Source of the DNA: an uncultured Fibrobacterota bacterium
GTDB lineage: Bacteria; Fibrobacterota; Chitinivibrionia; Chitinivibrionales; FEN-1185
Length of the DNA: 64,000 nt
Reading direction: 5' to 3'
Assembly (NCBI GenBank): GCA_963753345.1
Contig: CAVWBU010000047.1
Span: 32,001 to 96,000, forward strand
In this document: positions 1-10,450 of the stretch, one piece after another
How positions within the stretch are numbered: the first letter of the stretch is position 1
Layout: every line of letters starts with the position of its first letter
The notes under the pieces: model-generated
Seen by the model: the letters and a program-made list of their open reading frames with translations, nothing else
What the model was told of the DNA's origin: nothing
Databases searched by the model: none
Translations under genes and position numbers: made by a program

Positions 1-3000
1 TTTTTATCCACGGCGTCTTTACCGTGGGATTGACCCATGCGCTCATCGAAACAGTCTGCATCGTGGGCAAAAGCCCTGCGCTCAAGTACCTCCCGTTTGC
101 CAGGCTGTCTGCTCCTGCAACGATCCCGGAACCGTAACTTATGGTGGGATTTATGTCGCCGCCCATTCCGCCCAACGGGGACGTATTGAACTGCGCCTGC
201 ACGGAATTGACGTTCGTCGTCGGCGATCCGTCGTTCATGTGCCATACGCCCACGTATCCGGACGCCGCGTCGAACACGGCAGTACCGTTCGAGCTGTCGA
301 TTGCGGAACCGCTGCCCCAGGTCATCACGATGTACTGCGAATCGCTGGACGGGATGATTGCGTCCACCTTGACCCATACCTCGGCGAGGCACGCGGTGTT
401 GTCCCAGCGCTCTATCTGGTACGGCAGCGGCGTTCCAGTGGAATTTTTAAACCGCACGTCGCGTCCGTTCGGCGCGGCCTGGGCGAAATTCGCTCTTGTA
501 AAGATCGTTGTGTCGAGACGGACCAGCAGGGGAAATCCGTACAGGGTGCCGGTGATGGCGGCGCCGCTGCTCAGGGTGCTTATGTAAATCTTGCCGGTAA
601 AGGGCTCGGGGCCCGGGCGCACCGTAGGTGATGAAGAACCTGAGCGAGTCCGCATGGCCGGCGCGGTCGGTCACCGATACGAGCAGGGTGTCCTTGGACC
701 GGCCGTTCGGAGGCGTCGGCGGCAGAATGACCTTGAACAGCCCGGTTGAGTCAGCGGCGAATTGGGTCTGGCCCGACGGCCACTTCACGGTGACGACGTG
801 CCGCTCCACCGCGGGAAGATCGGGGTCCAAGATGGAAAAGAAAAGCGTGTCCGCGGTCGTCTGGCCGTACATGTTGAGCTCGCCGTCGGACGTCACCGGG
901 ATCGAATAGTTCACGGCGAGCGTGCACGGCCGGTTGGGCGGCACCACGGTGACGGGGAACAGGGCCGACACGCTCCGGTGGTTCACGTCCGTGACGGTCA
1001 CGCCGATCGTCTGCTTTCCTGTGTCGCCGAGGCCCGGATGCCATACACACAGCGGGCCCGCCATGGGAAGCGCGGCGCCGTTGAGCGTCGCGGCGAAGGA
1101 AAGCGGCGCGTTGCCCGAATCGTTGCGGATCTTGACATTCAGTACAAGGCTGTCGCTGTTCGCTTCAAGATAGGCCGGGACCGCCATTCCCGCAGTGTCA
1201 ATCTGCACGGCGGGCGGAAGGCTGCCTGCCGCTGTCACGAACACCTGGAACGAATCCGTGGTGGTCTGGTATCCGTCCGACAGATTGATCATTACCTTCT
1301 TGAGCCCGGTGTCCGAGGGGAGCTGCGGCGTCCAGGACAGCTGGAGCAGCTGGCCGAACGCAACCGCGTTCATGCTGTCGGGACCCTTGGCCTTCTGCGC
1401 CTTGACAGGATCGTTGTCCGGATCGGTCCAGACAATCGTATCAACAAGACGGCTGCCAAGGGGAATGGTGTCGCTCACGGGCGGGGCGCGCAGAATCTGC
1501 GGCGGCCTGTTCTGGCACAGGACGATCGAGACCGTGTCGCGGTTGAGCGCATTGTCAACCGCAATGATGGCGAAGGCGCTGCCGTCCGGGCGGTGCGCCA
1601 CGCTTACGGTGTCGAACCAGATGAACCCGTTGCCCTGGGCGCTCTGGGCAAGCGGCCGCTTGTTGACAAGAAGGGAGTCTATGCCCGACCCTTCGTCGAA
1701 GGCGATGATCCGGAGCACGGCCGTGGAGTCGGTGACAAATTTGTTTGCAACGGGCGCGCCGTTCACCGTGATATCGACGATCACCGGCGGCGTGCTGTCT
1801 TTCAGGGCGGTGTCGCAGACGATCAGGAGCGATTTTCCGGCGATTGAATCGCCGTTCGCGGCAGTAGGCCGCAAGCCGCACCATGTTCGACCCGATTGCA
1901 AGGGGAAGACTGAAGCTCCAATCCGCCTTGCCCTTGCCGCGCACGGTGTCGGCCAGGCTATTCTTCGCGTTGTTCTCCCACAGCTTCACAATAACAAGAA
2001 TCGAATCGTGCACATAGTCCTCAATGTGTCCGAAAATCACCTTGCTGCGCGACGAGGTCACCGAGGTGTCGGTGCTCGGATCGGTCACCGAGAACAGCAC
2101 GCCCCCGCCGTGCGCCATGGTGCTGCTGAACTGGAACCAGAATGTCTTGGTGGAAGAGACCAGGAACTGCGGGTTGTTGACGGCCGAAACCGTCACCGGG
2201 AACAGGCGAACGTTCGTGTCCAAGCGCGTGAGGACGCAAATGTAAAAAGGATCGTCGTCGATGTCGAAACTCCGTCCGTTGACAGATGCGCTTTGCACCG
2301 CGCCCGTCTGCGCCGGGTCCCAGATCTGAACCTTAAAGTAGAACGTCGTGTCGCCGGTGACAATGGTGTCCTTGCCGACGTAGCCGGCGCTGACGCACTT
2401 GATAATGGGGCCGGTGGTGTCCTTAAGGGCATAGGTGAAGGGGACCGCGGGCGAGGGGTGCGCGCCCGACGGATCGGACACCCACAGGCTGCCGGCGTTG
2501 GACAGCGAACTCATCTTTACTGATGCGACCGTCTTCGGCTTCGACGACGAGACAACGAAACCGCCGCCGAAACCCCAGTGATAGGCCACATCCGTGTCGC
2601 CGACGGGCGTGGTCGAAAGCGCCACGCTGTCGCCGAACGCGCCGCTCAGGGGGGGCTGGCCAAGCGGTGACCGCAGGTACAGGAAAAACTCCTGCGGAAC
2701 CCGATCGCCGTTGTTGCGGTAGGTGGTGACCGTAATCGTTTTCCAGCCGGTGTCGGTGAGCGAAAGGAGGTATGTGTACGGCCCGGACTCAAGCGGCTGA
2801 TGCTTTCGTACCGTAAACGTATCCGCAAGGCGGCGGTTCGAAGGGGCCGTAATCGAGAACGAGTCGACAAGCTCGCAGTTGGCCACCCTCACCACAAGGG
2901 TCTCGGTTGTAAAGATATTGAGCGTGTCGACGTCGTTAAACGACTTGTGCGTCACCACTGCGCGCGCCTTTGAAAGGTCGGTAAACGGGTTGTAATCGTT

Positions 3001-3075
3001 CGAGCACGACACCAGCGCAAATGCCGCGACCCATGCCCAGCGCACCCGGAATCGGAAGTGAATGTTCATCGGCAC
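1..3075 (-). CDS. Large surface lipoprotein with Ig/cadherin-like repeats and C-terminal DUF2341 + LamG-like domains; runs off the window; apparent frameshifts near 1860 and 612
   Basis: ORFs 1555..3075 and 447..1901 join by frameshift. Lipobox LVSC. Hand translation of 1..610 gives FPLLVRLD..NGRDVRF..LPYQIERWD..AEVWVKVD (DUF2341-like) and GVWHM..SMSAWVNP (LamG-like). Confidence 0.7.
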
Positions 3076-3076
3076 C

Positions 3077-3937
3077 TTAGAAGAAGAAGGAATACGTGAA
3101 ACCGCACGCGCCCGCCAGTCCTACGATATAGCCCGCCGTCATGAACCCCGCATTGCTGTTCCGGCCGCTCTGCGCCGCTTTGAAATCGGCGTCCCCGTTC
3201 GGATTATACAGGTCGCCCGTCACCTGGGTCATGCGCTGCTTCGACGCGTCCCACTGCTCGGTGAACACCGCGCCGACCACGGCGCCCACCACCAGCAGCG
3301 ACAGCCCCGTATAGCGAATTGCGTTCCGCTTGGGCGCGTCCGGGTCCGTAAGGATCTTCACCGGCACGCCGTCGACGGACGCGTTCTTTACGGAAAGCGA
3401 ATACGAGTACGGCTCAGCGCCGACGTTCTGCGTCTGGCCCTCGATGGTGAGGCTGGCCCGTCCGTTTTCCCTGAACACGCCCTCCAGAATCCGGACGAAT
3501 TTGGTGAGCGAGTTGATGCCGTAGACCGAATACGCCACTTCCACGTGCTGCAGGTCGGTCCCGATGGCGTCGTCGTGGACAAAGATGCCGTTCCAGTCGT
3601 AGGGGTTGGGAAGCAGGGCCGCCCCGGGGTTGAAGCGTTTGTCGTTCTCGGAAGTAAACACCACGGGGCGGGCGGCGGTGCCCTTCGCAACGAGCATGCC
3701 CTGCACGTGCAGTCCCGTGAAATTCCTGAAAAGAAAGACCGTCCCTGCCTCGACCGACACCGTTTTTCCCGCCGGCACAAAAACATCCGACGTGACAAGG
3801 TACGGGCCCTTCTCGGCCGCAACCGTTCTGGGAAGGTCGCCCACGAGCGTCGCAAAGCCGCCGAACGAGGCACGGGTAATAAGGCCGCACAGGAGCGCGG
3901 CGGCCCACAGCGGGAGATTGCGGCCGGAATGCGTCAT
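3077..3937 (-). CDS. Secreted/membrane hypothetical protein, beta-helix-like N-terminus and C-terminal TM segments
   Basis: ORF 3077..4051, likely ATG 3937 just after the kinase stop. GPYLVTSDVFVPAGKTVSVEAGT..PVVFTS..DWNGI pattern; two hydrophobic C-terminal stretches. Confidence 0.6.
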   Translation of the reverse strand: MTHSGRNLPLWAAALLCGLITRASFGGFATLVGDLPRTVAAEKGPYLVTSDVFVPAGKTVSVEAGTVFLFRNFTGLHVQGMLVAKGTAARPVVFTSENDKRFNPGAALLPNPYDWNGIFVHDDAIGTDLQHVEVAYSVYGINSLTKFVRILEGVFRENGRASLTIEGQTQNVGAEPYSYSLSVKNASVDGVPVKILTDPDAPKRNAIRYTGLSLLVVGAVVGAVFTEQWDASKQRMTQVTGDLYNPNGDADFKAAQSGRNSNAGFMTAGYIVGLAGACGFTYSFFF

Positions 3938-3939
3938 GG

Positions 3940-5799
3940 CTACCCCCGCACGTCCTTTGCCCTGTCCGCGATCCTTTGCATTTCGGAAACCGCCTTCTGA
4001 TAATGGTTGTTTTCGGGCGTCGAGCGGAAGAGCAGCTTGACCTCGAACCACGCGTCAAAGGCGTTCTTCATGGTCGCCTGGCCCGGATGATCGTCGAATT
4101 CCCTGGAATAGCTGAGCGCACGGTAGTACAGGACGTCCTGGCGGAGGACGACCGGATTGACGATCTCGCAGTGCGATTTAAGACTTGCGTCCAGAAAGTA
4201 TAGGCACTTTTCGAGATTGCCCGTCCTGAAGTGATACTTCGCCTGGGCCAGGTAAAATTCCCCGTCGTCAAGCGTTGACGACTGCAGGACGTTGTCCAGG
4301 GATTTGGTGTCGCCCAGCGCCTCGAGCACAAGGATGCGGCACAGCACCGCGGACTTCGACTGCTGCTGCTCGGCGGTCATTGCCCCGTACACGGTGGAGG
4401 CCTGCTCGTATTTCCCGAGTTTGACTTGCTTGACAAAAAGCTCCAACAGGTCCGTTGTGCCGTACTGTGCCTTGAGTTCGTCCAGGGGCGAGACCGTCGG
4501 CAGCGGCTGCGACGCCGTCTTTTCGGCCGGCGCGGCGAACGCTATCACGGGTTTATGGGAGGGCTTCGGCGCGGACATGAGCTTTTCACGCACGCCGGCC
4601 GCGGTGGGCTCGCTATGCGGGGCCGGTACAGCCTTCGGAACCTGACGCGCGGCCGATTGGGCCGCCTGCCGCTGCGCCAACCGGTGCTGGTAGGCAAGAT
4701 AGCCTGCGGCCGTAACGGCCGCAATCACGGCGGCCGCGGTCAGCACGCCGGCAATGGCGCGCAAGGGCAGCCGCCGCCGGTACCCCACTTCGGTCCTGCC
4801 GCCGTTTTCCGATCCCGTAAAGGACTGCATGACCGCTTCCGGCGACAGCGCAGTGAGGCTTTTGTGCACCCTGGTGAGCTCGGCGAGCAGGACCGCCGCG
4901 TCCTGCGGCCGGCGCTCGCGCTCCCGGCTGAGGCACTGCTGGATGACGCGCCTGAGCCTCGCCGGGATTTTGATCTTGAACGAATCAAGCGGCTTAAACT
5001 CGTTCTTCACCTTGGACAGCATCAATTTGGAGATGTTGTCTTCGGCGAATGCCTTGGTCCCGGTCACCAGCTCGTACAATATGGCGCCGAGGGAATAGAT
5101 GTCGGTGCGCACGTCCGCGGTCTTTCCTTCGAGCGTCTCCGGAGAGAGATACTGCATGCTGCCGAGCACCGAGGAATTGTCGGTGGTGTGAATGGATGCG
5201 TCGATGGGCCGCGCGATGCCGAAGTCCATGAGCTTGACGGTGCCGTCGTCGGCCACCATGATGTTGTTGGGCTTGAGGTCGCGGTGGATGATGCCGTGAT
5301 ACGTTTCCCCGTACAGCGCATACTCGTGGCTGTGAGCGTAGCGCAGCGCGCGGCAGATAAGAATACCGATGGAGGTGCATACGTCAAAGGGCAACCCGCC
5401 GCGGTCCGACACCAGCTTTTCCAGGGTGACGCCCTGGATTTTTTCCATTTCGATGAACGGCAGGCCGTTCCATTCGCCCACGGCGTGGATTTCGACGATG
5501 TTCGGATGGTCGAGCTTGGCGGTTATCTTTATTTCCGTTTCAAACCGCTCCTTTGAATCCTTCGAATAATTCGGATGGAGAAGTTTGACCGCGCGCTTCA
5601 TTTCGAGATGATTGTTCCAGATCTCATACACGTTCGCCATGCCGCCCACGCCCAAAAGCGCGGTGACCGTTCCGGAACCGAGCTCAACGGGCTTGGAGCC
5701 ATCGGGCAGGATCATCACATGAGGCACCCGCTTGTAGGAAAACGAGCCGCCATCCTGCTGGGTTGGCCGGGCCTTTTCCTGATTGTTTTCAGAATCCAT
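3940..5799 (-). CDS. Hanks-type Ser/Thr protein kinase with TM segment and C-terminal TPR-like region
   Basis: LGVGGMANVY, AVK, HRDLKPNN, DFG, GSMQYLSPE and DIYSLG motifs; central hydrophobic helix. Confidence 0.92.
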   Translation of the reverse strand: MDSENNQEKARPTQQDGGSFSYKRVPHVMILPDGSKPVELGSGTVTALLGVGGMANVYEIWNNHLEMKRAVKLLHPNYSKDSKERFETEIKITAKLDHPNIVEIHAVGEWNGLPFIEMEKIQGVTLEKLVSDRGGLPFDVCTSIGILICRALRYAHSHEYALYGETYHGIIHRDLKPNNIMVADDGTVKLMDFGIARPIDASIHTTDNSSVLGSMQYLSPETLEGKTADVRTDIYSLGAILYELVTGTKAFAEDNISKLMLSKVKNEFKPLDSFKIKIPARLRRVIQQCLSRERERRPQDAAVLLAELTRVHKSLTALSPEAVMQSFTGSENGGRTEVGYRRRLPLRAIAGVLTAAAVIAAVTAAGYLAYQHRLAQRQAAQSAARQVPKAVPAPHSEPTAAGVREKLMSAPKPSHKPVIAFAAPAEKTASQPLPTVSPLDELKAQYGTTDLLELFVKQVKLGKYEQASTVYGAMTAEQQQSKSAVLCRILVLEALGDTKSLDNVLQSSTLDDGEFYLAQAKYHFRTGNLEKCLYFLDASLKSHCEIVNPVVLRQDVLYYRALSYSREFDDHPGQATMKNAFDAWFEVKLLFRSTPENNHYQKAVSEMQRIADRAKDVRG

Positions 5800-5993
5800 C
5801 GGGCTTCCGCCGGGGTTGCGATGCACTGCAAAATTTTTGGCGAACAGGCTGGTTTTGGCGAAACCATCCAGGGCCAAGGTCTACCATTATACATAATAGC
5901 ACAATAAGGGAAATATTTCCATTGATTTTCGCACTATTTGCGCAATGGAATGCAAACCGAGTTTGGAGAAATCGCGCGGAAGTGAGATCAGGG

Positions 5994-7145
5994 CTAAGAA
6001 CGGTTCGCCCCGGAGCGGGGGCTGTGATCCTCAACCGGCATGAACCATTTCTGGGCGACAAAAGTCGGAATGACCGCGCTTGCCACAACGACACCAACTA
6101 AAATAGAATATTGAGATTGGTTGATAATTCCCGATTGTAAGCCGAAAAGGCTTGAAATAGTTCCAAAGGTCAAGCCGGTGCTCATGAGCAGCGTCGTATA
6201 CATACTACCCTGAGGAATGTATTTCTTTGCAAGAAAATAGACCCCGGCAAATTTGGCGATTATTTTGAGGAAGAAAAACAATAAAAACAGGCCAAGGCTT
6301 GCGACAATCAAAGGGTAAGAAATCCTAAGGCCGCCAACGATGAAGAAAACCGGGGTTATAATGGCATAGGCCACTGTGCGGAGACGTTGTATAACCAAAT
6401 GGTGTTCCGATTCCTTTCCGAAATACTTGGACATGAATAGGCCAAGCACAAAAGCGGGAAGCACTGCATGTCCTTCACCGAGGTTGGCGAAATAAATAAG
6501 GGTCAATAAAAGCACGAAAATGTACTTGATCTCGGATTCAACCACCTTATTCTTGAATACCGAATGGCTAAAAAGGTAATGAGAAAACAGGGACGCAACG
6601 ATTATCACTGCAATAGAAACGACATAAAATAGAAGCGTGAACCATGTCGGCTTTACAAAAATAACACTTAGCGTCAAAGCCGTACCCATGTCCGTGATGA
6701 ACGTTGACGACATTAGAAGCTTACCTATGCGAGTATCCGACAGACCGCTTTCCACAAGGACGGAATAAATGACAGCTAGGGACGTCGTTGATAAGGCTAT
6801 TCCCGCAACAAGTGCAGCTTGAATACCCCAGTGCAGCGCAAACAACGCAACGACTGCCACTACAATAAACGGTAGCAAAAATGAAAAACCGCCGATCAGC
6901 AGACTGCTTTTCAGGTTCTCCTTCATCATTTTCGTGTCGATTTCGGTTCCGGCAAGAAACGTGAGAATAATACCGCCGAATCCTGCCAGGTACTGCATCC
7001 ATTCTGCCGTATGCAGGCCGAAATTACCGGCAATAGAACCAAGAAGAATTTCGACAATCGCTACTGAAATACCGAGACGCAATGAGATTATGCTTGCGAC
7101 AAAGATAATCAGACCTGTGAATAAAGGATTTAAATCCGCGTGCAT
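5994..7145 (-). CDS. Cation:proton antiporter (Na+/H+ exchanger family, CPA2-like)
   Basis: 383 aa, highly hydrophobic; FLAGTEID, ALSTTSLAVI and TDMG motifs; RBS AGGAGG upstream. Confidence 0.88.
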   Translation of the reverse strand: MHADLNPLFTGLIIFVASIISLRLGISVAIVEILLGSIAGNFGLHTAEWMQYLAGFGGIILTFLAGTEIDTKMMKENLKSSLLIGGFSFLLPFIVVAVVALFALHWGIQAALVAGIALSTTSLAVIYSVLVESGLSDTRIGKLLMSSTFITDMGTALTLSVIFVKPTWFTLLFYVVSIAVIIVASLFSHYLFSHSVFKNKVVESEIKYIFVLLLTLIYFANLGEGHAVLPAFVLGLFMSKYFGKESEHHLVIQRLRTVAYAIITPVFFIVGGLRISYPLIVASLGLFLLFFFLKIIAKFAGVYFLAKKYIPQGSMYTTLLMSTGLTFGTISSLFGLQSGIINQSQYSILVGVVVASAVIPTFVAQKWFMPVEDHSPRSGANRS

Positions 7146-7176
7146 GACAGCCTCCTATGAGAAAATGAAGCAAACC

Positions 7177-7240
7177 ATAGGAGTCATCAGCCACATCTTG
7201 AGAGAAGAAGAATAGCGGTTTAAGGTGGAACTCCATCACC
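7177..7240 (-). ncRNA. Fluoride riboswitch (crcB motif) #2, upstream of the antiporter; translational platform
   Basis: Minus strand reads GGTGATGGAGTTCCACC-TTAAACC-GCTAT..GTGGC-TGATGACTCCTA: P1 GGTG/CACC, pseudoknot GGAGT/ACTCC, conserved GATG and TGATG. Downstream CTCCTATG pairs with CATAGGAG over the RBS. Confidence 0.9.
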
Positions 7241-7266
7241 TACGAACAATTAATATTCTTAAAACG

Positions 7267-7703
7267 TTATTTCCGGTCAGGCCTCCTCACAATTAATACA
7301 TCGCAGTGGGCCGTTTCACTGATTCGGTCCGCCGTTGGTCCAAGAACCCTGCCGATAAAGCCGGAGTGGCCGACTTGACCAATTACAATTAGATCAAAGC
7401 CGTTTTTTTCGGCATACTGTACTATCTCGCGAGAAGCGTTTCCCCGCAGATTTACCGATTGCACGTTCATATTATGATCAACTGCGCCTTTTTCGGCATA
7501 GCTCTTAAGATTATTGAAATATTCCTCCACCGCTTCGATTTCACCCTCAATTCGTCCTTTCTCACAGCTTGACGAGGTAGGTCATCACGAACCCATCCTA
7601 TGGTGATTGAGGCATTGTGTTCCTGAGCAACAGTAAATGCACGGGCAAGCGCGGCCTTCGACCCGTCCGATCCGTCAAAGGCAGCAAGGATTTTTTTATA
7701 CAT
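7267..7703 (-). CDS. Universal stress protein (UspA family), apparent frameshift near 7540
   Basis: N-terminal [19 protein letters not shown] in ORF 7467..7757; C-terminal [30 protein letters not shown] in ORF 7267..7530. Confidence 0.85.
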
Positions 7704-7704
7704 A

Positions 7705-8986
7705 TCACCTCGCATTCTTGAATGATTTCTTTCCGGCAAAAACAGCCTGTTTCCCAAGGAATTCTTCGATTCGAATCAATTGATTGAACTTGGCGGTGCG
7801 CTCGCTCCGGCAGCCTGAGCCGGTTTAGGGGTGCTGCACAAGTTACGACTGTCAAGTCCGCTATCGTCGTGTCTTCGGTTTCGCCGGAACGGTGCGAAAC
7901 GAAACAGTTGTAATTATTCTTCACCGCCAATGCAATTGTATCGAACGTCTCGGTAAGCGTACCGATCTGGTTCAGCTTTATGAGAATGGAATTTGCAATG
8001 CCCTTTGCAATGCCCTGCGCCAGAATGGCCGGGTTTGTGCAGAAAATATCATCACCCACAATTTCGATTTTGCCGCCGAGTTCATCGGTCAACAATTTCC
8101 AGCCATCCCAGTCATTTTCCGCCATGCCGTCTTCGAGGAGAACAATCGGATATTTGTCTGCCCAACTTGCCCAATGCTTGACCATCTGTTCGGAGGTCTT
8201 TGACGATTTGTCAGACTTGAAAAACACATATTTGCCGCTATCCCACATTTCACTTGCAGCCGGGTCAAGGCAGATTGAAATATCTTTGCCCGGCTGATAT
8301 CCTGCTTTAGTGATGGCATCGAGGATAACTTCTACAGCCTCTTCATTGGATTTAAGATTCGGGGCAAAACCTCCTTCGTCGCCGACCGCCGTGCTATAGC
8401 CCTTTTTCGAAAGAACAGATTTCAGCGTATGAAACGTCTCGATTCCCATTCGTATCGAAGTGCGAAAATCGGGGGCATTGTGCGGAGCGATCATGAATTC
8501 CTGAAAGTCAACGTTGTTATCGGCATGCTTTCCACCGTTAATGATGTTCATGCAGGGAACCGGAAGGAGGCTGGCGTTCACGCCGCCCAAGTACCTGAAC
8601 AAGGGTACATTAAGATTGTTGCATGCCGCCCGAGCCACCGCAAGAGACACGGCGAGGATCGCATTTGCACCCAATACTGATTTATTAGGAGTGCCGTCGA
8701 GTGAAAGCATGACAGCGTCAATTTCTCTCTGATTCAGGGCGGACATTCCTTTGACGGCCGGTGCGATTTTCGTATTTGCGTTTTCGACTGCTTTAAGAGT
8801 GCCTTTGCCGAGATAGCGTTTTTTGTCCCCGTCTCTTAGCTCAACCGCTTCCTTTTCGCCGGTCGATGCACCGGACGGGACAATTGCACTGCCCTTTATG
8901 CCATTTTCAAGGGTTACCTCAGCTTCAACAGTGGGATTTCCCCTTGAATCCAATACTTCTCTTGCATGGACATTTGTGATTTTCAT
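7705..8986 (-). CDS. eno: Enolase (phosphopyruvate hydratase), apparent frameshift near 7830
   Basis: [50 protein letters not shown]; the C-terminus [17 protein letters not shown] continues in a shifted frame to TGA at 7705. Confidence 0.96.
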
Positions 8987-9027
8987 AAGGATTCCTTTCT
9001 TGGTGGCTGTTTTATCGCCATTGGGAC

Positions 9028-9065
9028 AAAAAAAACTCCTACTGATACTTTTTACCAGTAGGAGT
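9028..9065 (-). terminator. Intrinsic terminator forming the expression platform of fluoride riboswitch #1
   Basis: ACTCCTACTG-11 nt loop-CAGTAGGAGT followed by a U-tract; the 5' arm overlaps the aptamer pseudoknot strand ACTCC. Confidence 0.88.
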
Positions 9066-9107
9066 CATCAGCCGAAATTCAGGCGTTTATAGGCGAACTC
9101 CATCGCC
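9057..9107 (-). ncRNA. Fluoride riboswitch (crcB motif) #1, upstream of eno
   Basis: Minus strand reads GGCGATGGAGTTCGCC-TATAAAC-GCC..GGC-TGATGACTCCTAC, matching the known fluoride aptamer consensus. Confidence 0.93.
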
Positions 9108-9114
9108 AGAAATC

Positions 9115-9143
9115 AAAATACATCAAAAAGAAATATAATCCAA
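9115..9143 (-). promoter_or_regulatory. Putative sigma70-type promoter for the riboswitch-eno operon
   Basis: TTGGAT-17 bp-TATTTT, ending 7 nt before the first aptamer nucleotide. Confidence 0.5.
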
Positions 9144-9228
9144 GATGCCTGTTTTCCACTTTAACGCCGCACCTTTGTATTTCTGCGCGGCGTTCTTTGG
9201 GTGCGCATTGCACACAACGAGGCCCAAT

Positions 9229-10269
9229 CTACGTCTCCCGCACCTCGTCCCAGTCGGCCTTGACCATGATCTCGACGAGCTTGTCAAACGAGACTGACGG
9301 CTTCCACCCGAGACTTCTTCGCGGCCTTGGCCGGGATTGCCGAGCAAGCAGGTCCACTTCGGCGGGCCGGAAATACTTCGCGTCCACGCGGATCACCACG
9401 TTGCCGCTCGCGGTATCGGTGCCGGTCTCGTTGACTCCCTCGCCCGACCATCGGATGGGCATGCCCAGCGCGCTAAACGCCTTCTCCGCGAATTCCCGCA
9501 CCGAATGCGTCTCACCCGTGGCGATCACATAATCGTCCGGCTTGTCCTGCTGAAGCATGCGCCACATTGCCTCCACGTAGTCGGGCGCATAGCCCCAGTC
9601 GCGCTTGGCGTTGAGGTTGCCTATGTAAAGGCACTGTTTCTTGCCTGCCTTGATGGCCGCCGCGGCCATGGTGATCTTGCGCGTGGAGAAATTCTCGCCC
9701 CTGCGCGGCGACTCGTGGTTGAACAGGATGCCGTTGCTCGCGTGGAGGCCGAAGGCCTCGCGGTAGTTCACCACGATCCAGTACGCGTACAGCTTGGCGA
9801 CCGCATAGGGCGACCGGGGATGAAACGGCGTGGTCTCGCTCTGCGGGACCTCGTGCGCCTTGCCGAACAGCTCCGACGTCGATGCCTGGTAGAACCGGGT
9901 CTGGATGCCGGTCTCCTTGATTGCGTCGAGGATGCGGAGGGTGCCGGTCGCGTCGACGTCGGCCGTGTACTCGGGCACCTCGAACGACACCGCCACGTGC
10001 GACTGGGCCGCCAGGTTGTAAATCTCGTGGGGCTTTATCTTCTCCAGGAGCCTGTTCATGTTGCTCGAATCGGACATGTCGCCGTAGTGGAGAAAGAAAT
10101 TGACGTTCTTGTCGCGCGAGTCGCGGAACAGGTGGTCGATGCGCTTCCGGTTGAAGTAGCTGGCCCTGCGGATCTGGCCGTGGACTTCGTACCCCTTGTC
10201 AAGCAGCAGCTCCGCAAGGTACGAGCCGTCCTGGCCCGTAACGCCGGTGATGAACGCGCGCTTTGTCAT
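9229..10269 (-). CDS. gmd: GDP-mannose 4,6-dehydratase
   Basis: [57 protein letters not shown]; a short garbled stretch near 9330 suggests compensating indels. Confidence 0.96.
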   Translation of the reverse strand: MTKRAFITGVTGQDGSYLAELLLDKGYEVHGQIRRASYFNRKRIDHLFRDSRDKNVNFFLHYGDMSDSSNMNRLLEKIKPHEIYNLAAQSHVAVSFEVPEYTADVDATGTLRILDAIKETGIQTRFYQASTSELFGKAHEVPQSETTPFHPRSPYAVAKLYAYWIVVNYREAFGLHASNGILFNHESPRRGENFSTRKITMAAAAIKAGKKQCLYIGNLNAKRDWGYAPDYVEAMWRMLQQDKPDDYVIATGETHSVREFAEKAFSALGMPIRWSGEGVNETGTDTASGNVVIRVDAKYFRPAEVDLLARQSRPRPRRSLGWKPSVSFDKLVEIMVKADWDEVRET

Positions 10270-10450
10270 GAGATCCTTTCGGTGCGCCCAGGACCGCGGC
10301 ATGGCCGCGAAAGTCTGTTCCCGGGTGCGGGGTGCATTGTATTTTTACATGCGCCCGCCTGTGTGGAAGCGCTTCGGGCCGGGGCACACTCCAAAAATAA
10401 TACAGCGAACACACGTCTGTTTACAACAAAGCAATCGGATCAACCGCTTC

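Noticed and set aside
762-2523. Long plus-strand ORFs (762..1847, 1195..2523) and similar antisense ORFs elsewhere (e.g. 9337..10698, 56533..57894, 56834..58360)
   Set aside because: They are shadow frames opposite well-supported genes in high-GC DNA and have no motifs.
7598-8986. Enolase with a novel C-terminal extension, or an eno pseudogene
   Set aside because: The canonical C-terminus is present in another frame and ends at 7705; best explained by an indel error.
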